A stretch of 28,444 nucleotides of DNA from an uncultured Clostridia bacterium. GTDB taxonomy: Bacteria; Bacillota; Desulfotomaculia; Desulfotomaculales; CAZKPV01. Shown here in pieces: positions 25,665-28,444 of the stretch. Location: contig CAZKPV010000005.1 in assembly GCA_964554735.1 (NCBI GenBank), forward strand, positions 1 to 28,444, read 5' to 3'. Below the pieces are notes generated by a model. The model was not told the origin of the DNA, did no database searches, and was given only the letters and a program-made list of their open reading frames with translations. How positions within the stretch are numbered: the first letter of the stretch is position 1; the number at the start of each line of letters is the position of its first letter. The position numbers were made by a program, and so were the translations under genes.

Positions 25665-25958
25665 ATGAAATACAAAAATCCCATATACAGAAAAAGACGG
25701 GGCACATTTCCCCTTGAGGTTTCGTGCGGATATTGTAAAACCCCCATGCTTGTTTACGCCAAGGGAAGCAAAGGAAACCTCATAAAGTTGCAGTATCCCC
25801 GCATCATAGCCTCTAAAATGAATCTGCAAAATCACGAAGGCCATTTAATGTGTACCAACTGTCACCGCAAACTGGCCTCGAGAGGCACTTTTGGCGAAAA
25901 TGTAACCTATTGGATCGTTAGAGGCAAGGTCAATACCCGGGCATTACAACGCTATTAA
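25665..25958 (+). CDS. Small basic Zn-ribbon protein of unknown function
   Basis: Two CxxC pairs (CGYC, CTNC); GGGGGTG RBS; 97 aa. Confidence 0.7.
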   Translation: MKYKNPIYRKRRGTFPLEVSCGYCKTPMLVYAKGSKGNLIKLQYPRIIASKMNLQNHEGHLMCTNCHRKLASRGTFGENVTYWIVRGKVNTRALQRY

Positions 25959-25976
25959 AGGGAGGGGTAAACAATT

Positions 25977-26582
25977 TTATTTCCTGACGAAAGATAAGTA
26001 GCCGGGATTTTTGCACCCCGAGGTGGCACATAAGGCTTTAATCAATTTTGCCCGATCCACGAGCTCAACGCCGTTGGATTTCGCCAGCAAACGGGCTTGA
26101 GAGGTGAATGTGTTATTAGTTATAACCATTGCTCGGTGGGCACCGTAGTGCGTAACTGCGGTAGCGGCCTCCTGAACGGCCTGTAGCCCTACTTTTGAAC
26201 TATATCTTTTGCATTGTATAATGATCCGTTCATTTGCTTTATTGGCAATAAGATCCGCCCCAAAATCCCCTGTCACAGGTGTTTTCTTTACCGAATATCC
26301 CATATCTTCAAAAAGAAGTTTAATCCTATCCTCAAATTCGCCACCTTCCATACGATCAATTTGATGAATTCCGGCTACTCTTAGCGATTTTTTCTTGTTG
26401 TGCCGATAGTACCAGATACCGGCCAACACCAGGGCAATAAGGAGCAGGATTTGCCAAAGATAGGTTTGCATTACCTGTAATGCTGCAATCGCCGCAATGA
26501 CATAATAGACGGCCCTGTTGCCGGTCATTTTTCTGAAATATCTTTTGTTGGGAAATCTGAAATAATTTCGCCTACGGGCCAT
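25977..26582 (-). CDS. Membrane-anchored Mrr-family restriction endonuclease-domain protein (201 aa)
   Basis: N-terminal hydrophobic helices, then MEGGEFEDRIKLLFEDMGY...TPVTGDFGADL...IIQCKRY (D...QxK) and TNNTFTSQARLLA. Start set at ATG 26582 (MARRRNYF); the ORF-track extension looks non-coding. Confidence 0.85.
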   Translation of the reverse strand: MARRRNYFRFPNKRYFRKMTGNRAVYYVIAAIAALQVMQTYLWQILLLIALVLAGIWYYRHNKKKSLRVAGIHQIDRMEGGEFEDRIKLLFEDMGYSVKKTPVTGDFGADLIANKANERIIIQCKRYSSKVGLQAVQEAATAVTHYGAHRAMVITNNTFTSQARLLAKSNGVELVDRAKLIKALCATSGCKNPGYLSFVRK

Positions 26583-26710
26583 ACCTACTAACCCCTTTTG
26601 TCTTTTGATTATTATGTGTTGTTTTAAGGATTTATTATACGAAAGGGGGAAGGCAACAGGGTGGCCCGCTTTTTGGGGGACTAACAGGCAACTTACAGGC
26701 AAGTTATGGG

Positions 26711-26735
26711 AGGAAAAACGGTAATTTTGTAGAAA
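26711..26735 (+). promoter_or_regulatory. Putative SigH-like promoter, copy 3 (AGGAAAAA-CGGTAA-TTTTGTAGAAA)
   Basis: Same spacing as the 22031 copy; about 300 nt upstream of the aminotransferase. Confidence 0.5.
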
Positions 26736-27039
26736 AAAGATAAAGGACAAATGTAGCGAGGTGGAACCTACGGGTGCGGCGTTGTCGGGTGGGCTAATAA
26801 TTATGTCACGGAAGGTTTTTATTCCGAAAATCAAATCGCATTAATTAAAATGCTAAATAAAAAGCCCACAAGTGTCTTGGAGCTGGTTTCCGTATTTTTT
26901 TATCTCGAAAATAGCGGTTACAAGGGCTGGGGTGCAATTTTAAGAAAAACAAAGATTTTAAAACCCGAACTACATAGTTACTTAAATGATGCACATTCCC
27001 TTTATTTGGAGGTTAAAAATACAAAGGTTGCTAGCTAAT

Positions 27040-28170
27040 ATGAAAAATGATGTGACCATGAATAACAAAAAAATCTACCTTTCCTCACCACACATGAGCG
27101 AAGAAGGGTACGAATTAGAGTACATACAGGAAGCCTTTGACACCAATTGGATAGCACCACTGGGGCCAAATGTGGACGGATTTGAACAGGAGTTTGCCGC
27201 CAAGGTGGGGGCGAAACATGCTGCCGCGCTGTCATCGGGAACAGCGGCCATTCACATGGCCTTAAAAGCCGCCGGGGTTGGGGAAGGGGATGTTGTCTTT
27301 TGCCAAAGTCTCACATTTTCAGCCACGGCCAATCCCGTTATATACCAAAACGCAATACCTGTATTTATAGATAGTGATTATGAAACTTGGAATATGTGTC
27401 CCGTGGCACTGGAAAAGGCTTTTGCAAAATATCCCGATGTGAAAGCCGTATTGCTTGTCCATCTGTATGGACTGTCGGCAAGCATAGATAAAATCATGGA
27501 AATTTGCCGAAAACACGGCGTACCTGTAATTGAAGATGCCGCCGAATCACTGGGTACATTGTATAAGGGAAAACACACCGGTACATTTGGTGATTATGGA
27601 ATATACAGCTTTAACGGAAACAAAATCATCACCACCTCCGGGGGCGGGATGCTAGTTTCCAACAACAAGGAAAGAATAGAAAAAGTCAGGTTCTGGGCCA
27701 CCCAGGCAAGGGACAAGGCAAGGCACTACCAACACAGCGAATTAGGGTTCAATTACCGAATGAGCAATATAGTGGCAGGAATCGGTAGGGGGCAGCTAAA
27801 AGTATTAGATAAAAGAGTTGCCAAGAAAAGATACATCTTTGATTACTATACACGGGAACTGGGCGGGCTTGATGGAGTTGAATTAATGCCAATTAACGTG
27901 TGGAATGAGCCCAATTGTTGGTTGTCATGCATGACCCTTAAAGGACGGGTGCGGCCACTGGACATTATGGTGGCTCTTGAAAAGGAAAACATCGAATCGC
28001 GGCCGATCTGGAAGCCCATGCACTTACAGCCGTTTTTTGAGCAGTATGACTACATAGGAGGCAATGTCAGCGAAAAACTATTTGAAAACGGAGTCTGTTT
28101 ACCGAGCGACACCAAAATGTTAGATGCTGATTTGGGCCGGGTGTGTGGGATAATCAAAAATTTATTTTAG
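27040..28170 (+). CDS. DegT/DnrJ/EryC1/StrS PLP aminotransferase, EpsN/PglE-like
   Basis: KKIYLSSPHMS...EAFDTNWIAPLGPNV, SSGTAAIHMAL, EDAAESLG, SFNGNKIITTSGGG (PLP Lys), GFNYRMSN. Start uncertain (27019 ATA, 27040 ATG or 27058 ATG). Confidence 0.93.
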   Translation: MKNDVTMNNKKIYLSSPHMSEEGYELEYIQEAFDTNWIAPLGPNVDGFEQEFAAKVGAKHAAALSSGTAAIHMALKAAGVGEGDVVFCQSLTFSATANPVIYQNAIPVFIDSDYETWNMCPVALEKAFAKYPDVKAVLLVHLYGLSASIDKIMEICRKHGVPVIEDAAESLGTLYKGKHTGTFGDYGIYSFNGNKIITTSGGGMLVSNNKERIEKVRFWATQARDKARHYQHSELGFNYRMSNIVAGIGRGQLKVLDKRVAKKRYIFDYYTRELGGLDGVELMPINVWNEPNCWLSCMTLKGRVRPLDIMVALEKENIESRPIWKPMHLQPFFEQYDYIGGNVSEKLFENGVCLPSDTKMLDADLGRVCGIIKNLF

Positions 28171-28222
28171 CGGAAGCCAGAGCACGGCCAAATGGTGGCC
28201 TTTAGTTAAAAGGATGGGAAAA

Positions 28223-28444
28223 ATGGGAGCCGAAAGGGAAGCAGGTTGTTGCACGACTAACTATAAGATTGGCCAACGGGCAAAGAAAAAAGGTATATAT
28301 GAGAGGTATTTTAAACGGCCAATGGACTTTATTTTGTCCCTGTTGGCTTTGGTTGTTTTGTCTCCATTAATGCTCATTATCGCCATACTGGTAAGGATTA
28401 AACTAGGTAGCCCGGTAATATTCAAGCAGCAAAGGCCCGGGCTA
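28223..28444 (+). CDS. Initiating sugar-phosphate transferase, EpsL/PglC/WcaJ-type (5' part, truncated by the window end)
   Basis: Translated by hand: MGAEREAGCCTTNYKIGQRAKKKGIYERYFKRPMDFILSLLALVVLSPLMLIIAILVRIKLGSPVIFKQQRPGL, with KRxxD, a TM helix and GSPVIFKQxRPG. Alternative ATG at 28214. Confidence 0.88.
   Translation, partial: MGAEREAGCCTTNYKIGQRAKKKGIYERYFKRPMDFILSLLALVVLSPLMLIIAILVRIKLGSPVIFKQQRPGL

Noticed and set aside
26751-26800. Antitermination (ops/JUMPstart- or LoaP-type) leader before the aminotransferase
   Set aside because: Only a weak small hairpin (AGGT-GGA-ACCT), with no GGCGGTAG match.
26583-26834. 84-aa N-terminal extension of the Mrr-like ORF
   Set aside because: It covers an intergenic region with promoter-like motifs and has no domain-like content.
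26850-27038. 62-aa ORF upstream of the aminotransferase
   Set aside because: No recognisable motif or RBS; it overlaps the aminotransferase initiation region.
195-27578. Many 60-190 aa antisense or alternate-frame ORFs in the track
   Set aside because: They are shadows of well-supported genes, with no independent RBS or motifs.

Overview
This window looks like a moderately GC-rich anaerobic Firmicute; a Peptococcaceae/Desulfotomaculum-like host is inferred from gene content and order only. Bases 1-16933 are a + strand flagellar export, motor-switch and chemotaxis cluster: fliL, a fliN-like gene, fliOPQR, flhBAFG, a PilZ brake, fliA, a SwrB-like gene, flgF, flgG, cheD, cheR, cheC, cheY, fliM and fliY. 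Bases 17006-28444 begin a surface-glycan locus: an O-antigen-ligase/TPR protein, a CapD/PglF/EpsC-type dehydratase, a MurJ-type flippase, an EpsN/PglE-type aminotransferase and a truncated EpsL/PglC-type sugar transferase. Two accessory islets interrupt it: (i) a DUF559/Vsr-like nuclease gene plus an MBL-fold hydrolase, and (ii) a Zn-ribbon protein plus a membrane-anchored Mrr-like nuclease. The most unusual signal is a ~22-bp motif (TGAGCAAAA[A/T]TACAACTTTTAC). It forms a 229-bp mirror-symmetric array with ~60-bp period downstream of the DUF559-like gene, and it overlaps the -35 box of that gene's apparently leaderless promoter. A diverged version recurs as a gene-less array inserted between fliP and fliQ, where REP-like hairpins also bracket fliQ. 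All family assignments come from motif recognition by eye; no database searches were run.
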